A stretch of DNA of 64,000 bases from an uncultured delta proteobacterium (GCA_963745035.1 CAVUVW010000020.1:1-64000), one strand, 5' to 3'; positions 10,341 to 20,690 are shown, numbered from the stretch's first letter. Translations and numbers: made by a program. The notes: a model not told the origin generated them from the letters alone.

Positions 10341-10540
10341 AGTCCCGCTCTTCGCAGAGATCGCTTCTCCCGCTCGCTTCGTTATTTGGCCGACGTGGGA
10401 TCAGGCATCGCAGCGCTATATGAAAGGCGAACCTGATTAGACCCCATGGTTGCTTTGTACCAGAGTATCCGTTAGCAAGTGAACGTGCAGTGGTTTCAAA
10501 CTTTGTCCTTCCGATAGGTCGATCAATTTCAGGCAAGTCA

Positions 10541-10828
10541 ATGATTATCTACAGTCTTTTGTCGATCATCTTCCTATGGGCTTTTCTAGGCACCATTGAT
10601 GGGCCTTCGAGAACTTTTGACCTACACTCCAGCCGCCTGGTTTACAGAATGGCGGAAGCTGTAGACGGCGACCATGAGGCGCCGCCTACGCCCTTCCGGA
10701 TCGGAATATTTCCGTCCGAGCCCCCGCCCGTTCATGCTTCCTTCCTGTTGTTCGACTTCAAACAGAATCTTCGTCGCTGGCCGAATGTCGCCGGCGATAT
10801 CAGCCGCTCTCCGCCTCTCGCAATATAA
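10541..10828 (+). CDS. Putative upstream leader protein ending in RSPP
   Basis: Hydrophobic N-terminus, Pro-rich, C-terminal DISRSPPLAI*; 138 nt upstream of the antiporter. Confidence 0.55.
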   Translation: MIIYSLLSIIFLWAFLGTIDGPSRTFDLHSSRLVYRMAEAVDGDHEAPPTPFRIGIFPSEPPPVHASFLLFDFKQNLRRWPNVAGDISRSPPLAI

Positions 10829-10966
10829 GACTCCGGTTATCAATCTATAATTTGAATCGTCCGACCGCGTCGGGCCTTTGACACTTAGGCGCTGCCCCGG
10901 ATACCCGGTCGGTCGATTGTATGAAGTCGCGGCCGGCGCGTCGCGGTTCAGCGCCGGAGTTGCTTT

Positions 10967-12136
10967 ATGAGACGAGTCATCATCTACAGCATTTTGCTGG
11001 TTGGCGGTATGGGACTATCCCAGCTGAGCGGGGTGCAATCGCACGCCGCGGCGATCTCGACGCTGACCATGATTTTCCTTGCCTACATCATGATCGAAGT
11101 CGGCATGGAATTCGACATCGACAAATCCCGCTTAGGCGCCTACGCCGTCGACTACGGCATCGCCATGGGCGCAGCGGCAATACCATGGCTGTGCGCCGCG
11201 GTCTATTTCTGGTGGTTTTTCAGCCTAGGCTTCAAAGAATCATTGTTGGTCGGACGCTTTGCCTCGCCGACTTCGGCCGGGATTCTATTCACCATGCTCG
11301 CCGCCGCCGGCCTGGCGGCAACCTGGCTTTACAAAAAAGCCCGCGTGCTGGCGATATTCGACGACCTCGACACCGTATTGCTTATGATACCGCTCAAGAT
11401 GATGTTGATCGGCTTCGAGCCCAAGCTGCTTGTGCTGGTGCTTGCCGTGTTTCTGTTTTTGGCCGCTGCCTATTTTTGCATTCACTGGCTGACTGTGCCG
11501 ACGAGCAACGGCTGGATCGCGCTCTACGCTCTGCTCGTCTGGGGTATGACTTACGCGTTCGACTACGCAACCGACCTGCACTTGGAAGTTCTGGTGCCGG
11601 CGTTCGCGCTCGGCTGCGTGATCAAGTCCGACCACTTACACGGTTCGGCGGAGTACGCCGCCGGGAGCATGAAGCCCGACCGGCAGGAACCAACCGGCCA
11701 AGCGGTTCTCGACTGGGGCATCAAAGGAAGTTTCATGCTGCTTGCCGGCATGGCTCTGCCGCCGATTCAATTGGGCGGCTTGGGAATAATCGCCGTCGCT
11801 GCGCATGTCGTTCTGATCACCATCGTGAGCAACATCGGAAAATGCTTACCGATGGCCGCCTACAAGAGCGAAGCGACTTTGCGTGAGCGCTTGGCACTCA
11901 GTATAGGCATGTTCCCGCGCGGTGAGGTCGGCATCGGCGTGCTGCTGGTTTCGCTCGAAATCTTTCGCCAGCAAAACATGCTCGACTCGCCCGCCGTGCA
12001 GCAAAGCATGACCATCGGCGCGCTCAGCTTGGCGCTCAATCTCGCCTTGACCGGAGTGTTCATCCTGATGGTGATACGCTTGTTGAAAAACCATGACCCC
12101 GTTAATGAGGACGATTTACGGACACCCCGGCGATGA
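10967..12136 (+). CDS. Cation:proton antiporter (CPA family)
   Basis: Multi-TM; ASPTSAG, LAIFDDLD, GMFPRGEVG. Confidence 0.88.
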   Translation: MRRVIIYSILLVGGMGLSQLSGVQSHAAAISTLTMIFLAYIMIEVGMEFDIDKSRLGAYAVDYGIAMGAAAIPWLCAAVYFWWFFSLGFKESLLVGRFASPTSAGILFTMLAAAGLAATWLYKKARVLAIFDDLDTVLLMIPLKMMLIGFEPKLLVLVLAVFLFLAAAYFCIHWLTVPTSNGWIALYALLVWGMTYAFDYATDLHLEVLVPAFALGCVIKSDHLHGSAEYAAGSMKPDRQEPTGQAVLDWGIKGSFMLLAGMALPPIQLGGLGIIAVAAHVVLITIVSNIGKCLPMAAYKSEATLRERLALSIGMFPRGEVGIGVLLVSLEIFRQQNMLDSPAVQQSMTIGALSLALNLALTGVFILMVIRLLKNHDPVNEDDLRTPRR

Positions 12137-12777
12137 GCCAACGGTTAAACATTGTTGCCATCGCGGCCCCGACCAACTGGCCGCCAACGAAAAGCGGGAC
12201 GCTCTGCGGTGAGATTCCGGCGAAGGTATCGGTCATCGCGCGGGCGAAGGTGACGGCGGGATTGGCGAAGGAGGTGGAGGAAGTAAACCAGTAGGCGCTG
12301 GTAATAAAGGCAGCGACAGCTACTGGAACCGCCTCCGGCTGAAATTTGGATGCGAGCGAAATCACCAGAACTAGCCCGAACGTCGCGATGACTTCGCCGA
12401 AACCCTCTCCGAGTGTCGGCCGGACGTGCGCGGAGACCTGCACAATCGGCAGTCCAAACATCGCATGCGCTGCCGCTACCCCAGCGAAAGCTCCACTGCA
12501 TTGCGCGATTGCGTAGACGAGCGCCACGGCGGCCGGACATGCGCTTGTCGTAAACGGCGACCGCTGAAACGACCGGGTTAAAGTGCGCTCCCGAAACTGG
12601 CCCGAAGATCACGATCAACACATAAAGTCCGGCGCCGGTAGCGATGGAATTCGCCAGCAATGCGACCGCCAGATTGCCTTGCGCAAGCCGCTCTCCCATG
12701 ATGCCGGAACCGACGACGATGGCGAGGAGCAATGCTGTGCCAACAGCCTCGGCGGCGGCTGTCCTACCACGCATCAA
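12102..12777 (-). CDS. MIP/aquaglyceroporin, ars-associated arsenite channel (frameshift near 12530)
   Basis: SGAHFNPVVS, AYWFTSSTSFANPAVT; last gene of the ars operon. Confidence 0.88.
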
Positions 12778-13268
12778 GCGCGTCCGATCTCGTCAAGTTT
12801 CTCCTTCAAGGCAAGCCTATTCAGCGTGTCGAAGGGCAGACAAGTGAATAAAGAGATGCGGCGATAGAGTTCCGTGTACGCTTTCAGAAAGGCCGCACGC
12901 TTAACGTCATCCGATCCTTCTACCGCCGCAGGATCAGAGACTCCCCAATGCGCGGTCATGGGTTGCCCCGGCCAGATCGGACAGGTTTCCGCCGCCGCTT
13001 GATCGCATACCGTGAAAACGAAGTGCATGACGGGCGCTCCGGGCTGGGAAAATTCGCCCCAGTCCTTGCTGCGCGCGCCCTGGCTGGAGAGACGGTTTCT
13101 CTCCAGCAACTCCAGGGCAAACGGATTTACCCGCCCGGTCGGACGGCTACCGGCGCTGAACGCGTTAAACCGATCCCTGCCCAGCGATTTTAGAATCGCT
13201 TCCGCCATGATGCTGCGCGCCGAATTGCCGGTGCACAAAAACAAAACATTGAACGGTTCCCTGTCCAT
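12774..13268 (-). CDS. arsC: Arsenate reductase (LMW-PTP fold)
   Basis: LFLCTGNSARSIMAE, TVCDQAAAETCPIWPG, HWGVSDP. Confidence 0.93.
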   Translation of the reverse strand: MDREPFNVLFLCTGNSARSIMAEAILKSLGRDRFNAFSAGSRPTGRVNPFALELLERNRLSSQGARSKDWGEFSQPGAPVMHFVFTVCDQAAAETCPIWPGQPMTAHWGVSDPAAVEGSDDVKRAAFLKAYTELYRRISLFTCLPFDTLNRLALKEKLDEIGRA

Positions 13269-13281
13269 GGCAGGTCTCCTT

Positions 13282-13743
13282 TTAAGAGCAGCAGGCGTTC
13301 GACTTTTCAGAAGAGGCTTCGACCGCAGGCTTAGCAGCGCAGCAGGCGCGCTCATCGGTCCGTTCCGTCTTTCCGTAAACCGGAATCGTGTCGAGCGTGT
13401 GAAAAGTTTCCCAGGGAATTCCCTGCGGATCGGTGGTCCAATATTTGTCCGAGCGCGCATAGCAGCATTCCGCTCCCGTCTGATCCAGCCGCGCAATCTC
13501 GGCCGCCGCCGCCTGCTCGCGCAGAGCCGTTAGCTCAGACTCCGAGTCTACCTGAATGCCGAGATGATCCACGCCGGGTTCAATGCCGCGACTGGAGATC
13601 GCGAAGTTAAGACGCGGGTCATCGAGCATCCATTTCGCGTAATCATGCTTCAATACCGACGGCGGCGCCCCAAACATCCCGGAATAGAAGCGCACACTGG
13701 CGTCGAGATCGGCCACGGACACGTGCACGTGAAATCGTTTCAT
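13282..13743 (-). CDS. arsI: ArsI/CadI family glyoxalase-fold metalloenzyme
   Basis: MKRFHVHVSV, DYAKW, ECCYARSDKYW..DPQGIPWETF. Confidence 0.85.
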   Translation of the reverse strand: MKRFHVHVSVADLDASVRFYSGMFGAPPSVLKHDYAKWMLDDPRLNFAISSRGIEPGVDHLGIQVDSESELTALREQAAAAEIARLDQTGAECCYARSDKYWTTDPQGIPWETFHTLDTIPVYGKTERTDERACCAAKPAVEASSEKSNACCS

Positions 13744-14123
13744 GAGCAACTCCTTTTCGATTTAGGTCTCTGGGATTTCTTTTGGGGTGGACAGCACCGC
13801 CCGAGCGCTGATTCGACGACGGTAAGACACTTCTCCGGCATGCCGTGACAGCAGTTCTGCGTGAGAAACGCCATCAACTCGGCCATGCGCTCGAAATCGA
13901 CGGAATGGTAGAAAAACTGCTTCTCCTGCCGCGCCGACACCAAACCGGAGCGAGCCAGCTCCTTGAGATGAAACGACAAGGTTGCACCCGGAACTTTAAG
14001 CTTCTCGCCGATGCGCCCGACCGATACGCCCTCGGGTCCCGCCTCGATCAGCATACGGAAAATCGCCAAGCGCGTTTCCTGCGCCAGCGCACCAAGCGCG
14101 CCAACTGCCTCTTTAATTTCCAT
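13740..14123 (-). CDS. arsR: ArsR/SmtB repressor
   Basis: ALAQETRLAIFR, TLSFHLKEL, FLTQNCCHG. Confidence 0.92.
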   Translation of the reverse strand: MEIKEAVGALGALAQETRLAIFRMLIEAGPEGVSVGRIGEKLKVPGATLSFHLKELARSGLVSARQEKQFFYHSVDFERMAELMAFLTQNCCHGMPEKCLTVVESALGRCCPPQKKSQRPKSKRSCS

Positions 14124-14261
14124 ATTTCTAGTATCATCGAAATAACGCGCAGGTCAAGACCTACTTGCTCCCGCCCAACCCGGTGGCTCTATCGAGGCGC
14201 CACTTAAACTTTGCCGCGACGCAACACTTTCCGGCGGCATAGCGGCACACGCTACTGAGGA

Positions 14262-14290
14262 GTTAACCGGGTGTTAATTCATACTTCACC
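14262..14290 (+). promoter_or_regulatory. Putative Pho box upstream of phoX
   Basis: GTTAACC, GTTAATT and CTTCACC at 14262, 14273 and 14284 (11-bp period). Confidence 0.55.
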
Positions 14291-14364
14291 GGTTCGTCGT
14301 GCAGGTGCAAAGTTGCTCGCGTACTAATCCTCGCCAAAATAACCCCGCAAAGGAGACAACAATA

Positions 14365-16335
14365 ATGGCGAAGATTGATGACGACGAGGGAAGTAACCCG
14401 TCCGGCAATCGGAGGTTCCAGGAAGTCGTGGAGGCGCGTCTTTCCCGGCGCGGGTTTCTCGGCGGAGGACTTGCTGCTGCGGCGACGTTTTCGCTTAGCG
14501 GACTTGATGCGCTGCTGCGATCGGTGCCTGCCGAGGCGCAAACCAAGGGTCCTCTACTCGGCTTTCAAGCGATCCCGGTGTCAACGGCCGACACCGTCGT
14601 TGTGCCACCCGGATATACCGCGCGCGTGCTCATCGCTTGGGGCGATCCGGTCTCTAATGGTCCTACGTTCAATCAGGACGCGAGCAACAGTGCGGCTGAG
14701 CAGGCGCAACAATGGGGCATGCACAATGATGGCGTAGTCTATTTTCCGATCAACGGCTCGAGGCGCGGCCTGCTCGTGCAGAACAACGAGTATACAGACG
14801 ACGGTTTGCTGTTCACCGACGGAATAGCCAACTGGAACGAAGAGAAAACCAACAAGTCTCTTAACGCTCACGGCGTGTCGATCATCGAAATCCGCAAGGA
14901 AGGGTTCAGGGGCGGAGGCGAGTGGCAGGTTGTGCGCCCATCGCGCTTCGCGCGGCGGATCACGGGCAACACGCCGATAGCGATCGGCGGCCCCGCTGCC
15001 GGCGATGAGCGTTTAAAGACCAGCGCAGATCCGACCGGCAAGCTGGTGCTCGGCACTCTGAACAATTGCGCCATGGGGCACACGCCATGGGGCACCTATC
15101 TGGCATGTGAAGAGAACTTCGACGGATACTTTTTCCGCACGACGACGTCCCCCGACGGCACCGACCCCCGCAGCGCTCTTGAGAAACGGTACGACATCTC
15201 TCCTTTCAATTCCGGCATGCGTTGGTACACCACTCATCCGAGATTCAACGCCGACGCCGAGCCCAACGAGCCCAATCGCTTCGGCTGGGTTGTGGAGATC
15301 GATCCATTCGACCCGAGCTCGACTCCGGTCAAGCGGACGGCGCTCGGTCGTCTGAAACACGAGGGTGCATGGGTGCAGGAGGCGAAAGACGGAAAGATCG
15401 TCGTTTACATGGGCGACGATGAGCGCAACGAATATATTTATCGCTATGTGTCGAATTTGCCATGGCGCAGTGCGCTGTTCCGGGGCATCAACCCGCTTGA
15501 CGACGGCATCCTCTACGTCGCCAAGTTCTACGAAGGCGGCTTCGGTGAGTGGCTGCCGCTCACTCCCGCCAATCCGGCGTTGGCACGCTGGTCGATCAAC
15601 GATATTTTGATCAATACGAGAGCCGCCGCCGACGCGGTTGGCGCCACCATGATGGATCGACCGGAATGGATCGATACATTTCCGCAGGCGCTTACCGCAA
15701 TTGCAACGCTCACAAACAACAATCGCCGCGGCACTGCGCCGGTTTCCGTCAACAACCCGGACGGCAGCACCGTCGCGGGCTCAGCTCGCCCGCCGGTAGA
15801 CGCGATCAATCCGCGGGTCAACAACGTGTATGGTCACATCATCACCTGGCAGTACCGCAGGGATTGGACGGAGCCGACGTTCGAGTGGGAAATCTTTGTG
15901 CTGGCAGGCGATCCGACGGTCGCCGCCCATGGATCGAACATCGACGGCGATAAGTTCGGTTCTCCGGACGGCATCTACGTGGCGCCGAGCGGCAGACTCT
16001 GGATTGAGACCGACGTGTCGACTTCGACGATCAACGCTGGCGACTACGCCGGCTTCGGTAATAATCAGATGCTTTGCGCCAATCCGGAGACTGGCGAAAT
16101 CCGCCGGTTCTTAGTAGGCCCCATTCAATGCGAAATCACCGGAGTGTTCGTTACGCCGGACGAGCGCGCTATGTTCGTCGGCATTCAGCACCCGGGAGAA
16201 ACAGCCGACGAATCACCCAACGATCCAGCCAATCCAAAGCGGTTCAGCTCGTGGCCGGACGGACCTGCCGGCGGGCGTCCGCGCTCATCGTTCATCGTGA
16301 TCACAAAGGATGACGGCGGGCCGATCGGCAGCTAG
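14365..16335 (+). CDS. phoX: PhoX family alkaline phosphatase, Tat-exported
   Basis: SRRGFL Tat motif, NNCAMGHTPWGTYLACEEN, KRTALGRLKHE, MDRPEW, CEITG, IQHPGE. Confidence 0.95.
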   Translation: MAKIDDDEGSNPSGNRRFQEVVEARLSRRGFLGGGLAAAATFSLSGLDALLRSVPAEAQTKGPLLGFQAIPVSTADTVVVPPGYTARVLIAWGDPVSNGPTFNQDASNSAAEQAQQWGMHNDGVVYFPINGSRRGLLVQNNEYTDDGLLFTDGIANWNEEKTNKSLNAHGVSIIEIRKEGFRGGGEWQVVRPSRFARRITGNTPIAIGGPAAGDERLKTSADPTGKLVLGTLNNCAMGHTPWGTYLACEENFDGYFFRTTTSPDGTDPRSALEKRYDISPFNSGMRWYTTHPRFNADAEPNEPNRFGWVVEIDPFDPSSTPVKRTALGRLKHEGAWVQEAKDGKIVVYMGDDERNEYIYRYVSNLPWRSALFRGINPLDDGILYVAKFYEGGFGEWLPLTPANPALARWSINDILINTRAAADAVGATMMDRPEWIDTFPQALTAIATLTNNNRRGTAPVSVNNPDGSTVAGSARPPVDAINPRVNNVYGHIITWQYRRDWTEPTFEWEIFVLAGDPTVAAHGSNIDGDKFGSPDGIYVAPSGRLWIETDVSTSTINAGDYAGFGNNQMLCANPETGEIRRFLVGPIQCEITGVFVTPDERAMFVGIQHPGETADESPNDPANPKRFSSWPDGPAGGRPRSSFIVITKDDGGPIGS

Positions 16336-16403
16336 CCCGCTCTGCCTATCGGAAAGTGAGAACCACCACGGAGGCACGAAGGACACGAGGGTTGCGCGCA
16401 TTC

Positions 16404-16432
16404 GTAGGGGCGGGTTTGAAACCCGCCCCTAC
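16404..16432. repeat. GTAG-type REP palindrome
   Basis: GTAGGGGCGGGTTT-G-AAACCCGCCCCTAC perfect inverted repeat. Confidence 0.8.
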
Positions 16433-16603
16433 ATTGTTCGTGAGGTTCATTCATAACATCGAGACAAATCCGACCACGATGCAAAATCCTAGCCCAGAGA
16501 TTGCCTGAGCTCTGCGGCTGATCCGAAAGTTTAATCCAGGGTTCATCACGCCGTAACTTCGTGCCCGGTAAAATCTCCGGCAAAATTTAAAAGGGAGGAA
16601 ACC

Positions 16604-17137
16604 ATGGAGCGAGTAAATCTAGGATCGGTGATCGAGCAGGCGATCACCCGAGTCACGCGCAACCGCATCGGCGAGAAACCGCCGGTGTTTGTCACCCTTT
16701 CACCGGCGCTCACTCAGGTGCCCTGGAAAGACGCGGCGCTCAAGCAGTTCTTGCAATTTTTCCTCTACGAGTCGCTCCTTACCAGCGACGCCCACAACGC
16801 CGTCGAGATCTCCCTGCGGCGGCGCGCGCTGCTGAAAGACTTGACTGCCTTCGTCGGCATTCATCCGTCTTACTGGGTGCAGCTTCGGATCGCCGGCCGC
16901 GGCTTGAAAATCGCCGAAAGACTGATCGAGGATCTGTTCGCGGAAGTGGGCTACCGCTGCGAAGAATGGGTGGGTATGGACGACTCGAACGCCCGCCTGG
17001 GAATCTTCGGCACCATCGATGCGCAAAAAAAAATGGTTTTCTGCCTGGAATCGACCCGGCAGCGGCTCAAGTGCGACTTGCTTTTGCCCGTGCACGACCA
17101 TCGTCCCGTCCCCTGCCTCGTCGACGGCGCCGCGTGA
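16604..17137 (+). CDS. Hypothetical protein, possibly a degenerate HATPase-like fold
   Basis: GGGAGG RBS; pattern resembles a histidine kinase C-terminus but lacks N/G boxes. Confidence 0.6.
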   Translation: MERVNLGSVIEQAITRVTRNRIGEKPPVFVTLSPALTQVPWKDAALKQFLQFFLYESLLTSDAHNAVEISLRRRALLKDLTAFVGIHPSYWVQLRIAGRGLKIAERLIEDLFAEVGYRCEEWVGMDDSNARLGIFGTIDAQKKMVFCLESTRQRLKCDLLLPVHDHRPVPCLVDGAA

Positions 17138-17238
17138 TGAAGGCCGGGCTCAGTAACGGACAAATCACTGCGCCGTCATCCTCTCCTAACACCCGGGCTC
17201 CAGAATGTTTGCAACTTTAGAAAACGAATGGAGGCCCG

Positions 17239-17781
17239 ATGAAATATTTAAACCGAATCCTGGTGCCCACCGATCTCTCCGAGCACTCGCGGCGCGCCCT
17301 GGCCTACGGCTCGTGGTTGTCCGGGGAGGAAAAGGCGGCATTGATGATTCTCCACGTGGCGAGCGATTTCCACGCCTGGGACTTTGCCGGCGAAGATCTG
17401 CCGTTGGCCAATCTTGCTCCCAAAGCCTGGACCGCGGATCGAGTTTTGGCGGAGGCGAGCCTCGATCTGAGCCGGTTTCTGGAATCGAGCATGCACGATC
17501 TTAAAAAAGCCGCCGACGCGAGCAAGCGGGTCGTCATCGGCCCGGTCCCCGAGCGCATCGCCGCGGTGGCCGAAGAAGAGAAAATCGATCTCATCATCAT
17601 GTCGCCGCGCCGGCGCCGCGGCCTGCGCCACTTTCTGTTTGGCTCGATTACCGACGCGCTGATGCGCATCAGCCCATGTCCCGTGCTGTCGATCGCTCCC
17701 GTGCTGCCGTCCGCGCCCTGGCGCGGCGACCTCGCGCCGTTGTTCTCCCCGTGGGCGCGCCGCCCCGCCGAAAGCATCTAA
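17239..17781 (+). CDS. Universal stress protein
   Basis: ILVPTDLSEHSRRAL, DLIIM, LFGSITD..CPVL. Confidence 0.9.
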   Translation: MKYLNRILVPTDLSEHSRRALAYGSWLSGEEKAALMILHVASDFHAWDFAGEDLPLANLAPKAWTADRVLAEASLDLSRFLESSMHDLKKAADASKRVVIGPVPERIAAVAEEEKIDLIIMSPRRRRGLRHFLFGSITDALMRISPCPVLSIAPVLPSAPWRGDLAPLFSPWARRPAESI

Positions 17782-18078
17782 GGCGCTCGGCCGCTCGATG
17801 GCGCCAACTTCGCTCCGGCGTCTGTAAAGCCGCCCGCGTCCATGTTCCCTGTCGGCGCGGAAAGTCAGGGCTGATGGCTCCTTCGAAGTTCTCCAACCTG
17901 GCCGCCGGTCGCCGTAATACCCGGCTGGCAGAAGGACGCTCGTCCGATACTCATTGCGTGGCGCGAAGTGAACTATAGGCCAAGAAGATCTCACTCGCGC
18001 AACACGATTCGGCATCGCGATAAAAAGCGAAATGGTGTAGTGTAGCACTCTTTTTCTCTTGGAAGGAGATCACTAAAG

Positions 18079-18107
18079 ATTTCATCTAGATTTAATAAAA
18101 TTGTAAC
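18079..18107 (+). promoter_or_regulatory. Putative Pho box upstream of the ppx operon
   Basis: ATTTCAT, ATTTAAT and TTGTAAC at 18079, 18090 and 18101. Confidence 0.6.
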
Positions 18108-18155
18108 GATCGCCGGATCATCTTCCCTGCCCTTTTGTGGTATGAAATCATTGCC

Positions 18156-19685
18156 ATGTCGGATCATTTCGCAGTCATTGACGTCGGCAGCAACGCAATC
18201 CGCTGGCAGATCGCCGCCGTCGATCATCCCAAGCACTACCGAATCATCGAGCAGGAGCGCCAACCGGTTCGTCTGGGGCACGAGGTGTTTCACACCGGCA
18301 AGCTCGACGCCCGCGCGGCGGATTCCGCATTGCGCGTGTTCCGCGACTTCAAGAGCGCCGCCGACCGCTACAAGGTTAAGGCGATTCGCGCCGCTGGCAC
18401 CAGCGCCTTGCGCGAGGCTTCCGACCGCCGGAAGTTCATCCATCGGGCAAGAGCCGCCGGAGTTCCCTTAGAGGCTTTATCCGAACAGGATGAAGCCCGG
18501 CTCATCAGCCTCGGCATCATGAGCGGTCTGCGCTTTCACCTGCCGCTCGGTTTGTTTCTCGATATCGGCGGCGGCAGCGTCGAAATCACCGTCGCCGACC
18601 AGGCCAATACGTTCTGTCTGTTCAGCTTGCCGCTGGGCGCGGTCCGCTTGACCGAGAAGTTTTTCACCACCGACCCGCCCCGCTACAAAGAAATCAAAAA
18701 TCTGCGCGAGCACGTGCGCGCGCGCGTCGCCGCCGTCGCGCGGCGCATCCAAAAAGAAAAGTTCACCATGGCCTTCGGCAGCGGCGGCACGATCACCGCG
18801 CTCGCCGAGACCGACAAAGGCAAGGAGCCTTCGCTCATCGTCCTGCGGCGCCAGCAGCTGAAAGCGCTGCTCGACCTCTTGCTCGAGCGTCCGGTGGCCG
18901 AGCGCGCTCGCATGATCAGCGGCGATCCCAAGCGCGCCGACATCATCATCGCCGGCGGCATCGTGCTGCACGAGGTCATGGCGGCCATCGACTTGGATTA
19001 TCTGTTCGTCTCACGTCGCGGCCTGCGCGACGGCTTGATGATCGATCTGCTGCAGCGCTCCTATCCGGGCTCCGGCGCGTGGCACCCGGACGCCGACCGC
19101 GCCGAGTCGCTCGAACAGGTTTGCCAGAAGTACTCTTACGATGTCAGCCACTCGCGCCAGGTGAGCCAGCTCGCCCTCAGTCTTTTCTATCAGCTTCAAC
19201 GACTGCACAAGCTGCCGGAAAAATACGCCGGAATTCTGCACGCGGCGGCCATGCTGCACGACATCGGCCTGTTCATCGGCGACGCCAAGCATCACAAGCA
19301 TTCCTACTATCTGATCAAAAGCTCGGGCATGAAATCGTTCAGCAAGCTCGACCTCGAGCTGGTCGCCAACATCGCCCGCTACCACCGCAAGGCCCACCCG
19401 AGCCCCAAGCACCTCGGCTTCAGCCAGCTTGCGCCGGTGGACCAGGATGCGGTACGCAAGCTGAGCTCCCTGGTCCGCGTCGCCGACGCGCTGGATTTCC
19501 GGCGCGAGCAGCGCGTCGAGTCGGTGAGCTGCGCGCTGAATAAGACCAAAGCTTTGACGATCTCAGTCGCCGCGACGGAAAGCGTGAAGGAAGAAATCGA
19601 CCGAGCGGCCAAGAAAGGCGGGCTGATTCAGGAAGTTTTCAATGTGGAGCTGGCGCTGCAAAGAGCCAAAAACAACCGATCGTGA
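18156..19685 (+). CDS. ppx: Exopolyphosphatase Ppx/GppA with HD domain
   Basis: IDVGSNAIR, GTSALREA, DIGGGSVE, GLRDG, LHDIG. Confidence 0.93.
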   Translation: MSDHFAVIDVGSNAIRWQIAAVDHPKHYRIIEQERQPVRLGHEVFHTGKLDARAADSALRVFRDFKSAADRYKVKAIRAAGTSALREASDRRKFIHRARAAGVPLEALSEQDEARLISLGIMSGLRFHLPLGLFLDIGGGSVEITVADQANTFCLFSLPLGAVRLTEKFFTTDPPRYKEIKNLREHVRARVAAVARRIQKEKFTMAFGSGGTITALAETDKGKEPSLIVLRRQQLKALLDLLLERPVAERARMISGDPKRADIIIAGGIVLHEVMAAIDLDYLFVSRRGLRDGLMIDLLQRSYPGSGAWHPDADRAESLEQVCQKYSYDVSHSRQVSQLALSLFYQLQRLHKLPEKYAGILHAAAMLHDIGLFIGDAKHHKHSYYLIKSSGMKSFSKLDLELVANIARYHRKAHPSPKHLGFSQLAPVDQDAVRKLSSLVRVADALDFRREQRVESVSCALNKTKALTISVAATESVKEEIDRAAKKGGLIQEVFNVELALQRAKNNRS

Positions 19686-19698
19686 GGGGGGGAAATTT

Positions 19699-20145
19699 AT
19701 GCGACGACAAAGTCTGGAACGAACCATCTTGTTTCTCTGCGACGACAACTCGTGTCTCAGCCAAATTGCCGAAGCCGCGGCCAGGCACCTCGCGCCGCCG
19801 CGCACGCGCGTCTTCAGCGCGGGCGTCAAGCCGAGCACGATTCCGGCCCCCGTGGTGCAAGCCATGCAGGAGCTCGGCATCAGCATGAGCGGCCAGCGAA
19901 GCAAGAGCCTCGCCGACGTGCCAATCCAGGACATCGACTTGGTGGTGAGCTTCGGCGACGCCGACAAGCGCTGCGATCGTCTTCCTCAACGGGTCAAGAT
20001 CGAGCGTTGGCCGATCGCCGATCCGGCGGCAAATCCCGAAAACCCATCCGCCCTCCCGGCCATCCGCGTGCGCCGCGACGAGATCGATAAGCGGGTCTTC
20101 GCGCTGTTTCTCGATCACTGGCGCAACATCCCGCGGCCGTCCTGA
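19699..20145 (+). CDS. ArsC/LMW-PTP-like protein with a degenerate P-loop
   Basis: LFLCDDNSCLSQIAE (Leu at the CX5R Arg position), FSAG, WPIADP. Confidence 0.85.
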   Translation: MRRQSLERTILFLCDDNSCLSQIAEAAARHLAPPRTRVFSAGVKPSTIPAPVVQAMQELGISMSGQRSKSLADVPIQDIDLVVSFGDADKRCDRLPQRVKIERWPIADPAANPENPSALPAIRVRRDEIDKRVFALFLDHWRNIPRPS

Positions 20146-20162
20146 CCGCGGCGCGTTTATCC

Positions 20163-20684
20163 ATGAAACTCTATTTCATGCGCCACGGCATCGCCCTGCC
20201 GGCGGACGATCCGGCCGCGACCGCGGACCATGATCGGCCGCTCACCGACAAAGGCGCAAGGCGGGTGCGCAAGGCCGCAAAAGGCATGCGGCGCCTCGGC
20301 CTATCCTTCGATCTGCTGCTCTCCAGCCCACTCGCGCGCGCGCGCCAGACCGCGGACATCGTCGCCGGCTTGTTGCACCATGAAGCGATTGAAGAACTGA
20401 CGAGCCTGGCACCGGAAAGCGCGATCGACGAGCTTATTCAGGATCTCGCGCGCTACCAGGATCGCAGCAGTCTGCTGCTCGTCGGCCACGAGCCTTCGCT
20501 AAGCGGAGCCGTCGCTCATTTGATTGGGACCAAAGGAGGGCGCGGCGTCAGCTTGGAATTCAAGAAAGGCGCCGTTTGCTGCGTCGACATCGACGCGCCC
20601 GCCCGGCCGAATACCGGCACGATTTGCTGGCTGCTCGCGCCCAAACAGCTACGGCTGCTTGGCGAACCGCCGGCGAAACGTTGA
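20163..20684 (+). CDS. sixA: Phosphohistidine phosphatase
   Basis: MRHG, RPLT..G, SSPLARARQTA, LVGHEP. Confidence 0.92.
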   Translation: MKLYFMRHGIALPADDPAATADHDRPLTDKGARRVRKAAKGMRRLGLSFDLLLSSPLARARQTADIVAGLLHHEAIEELTSLAPESAIDELIQDLARYQDRSSLLLVGHEPSLSGAVAHLIGTKGGRGVSLEFKKGAVCCVDIDAPARPNTGTICWLLAPKQLRLLGEPPAKR

Positions 20685-20690
20685 GCACGC

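Noticed and set aside
12102-14123. The ars operon as a novel system
   Set aside because: arsR-arsI/cadI-arsC-aquaglyceroporin is a known arrangement.
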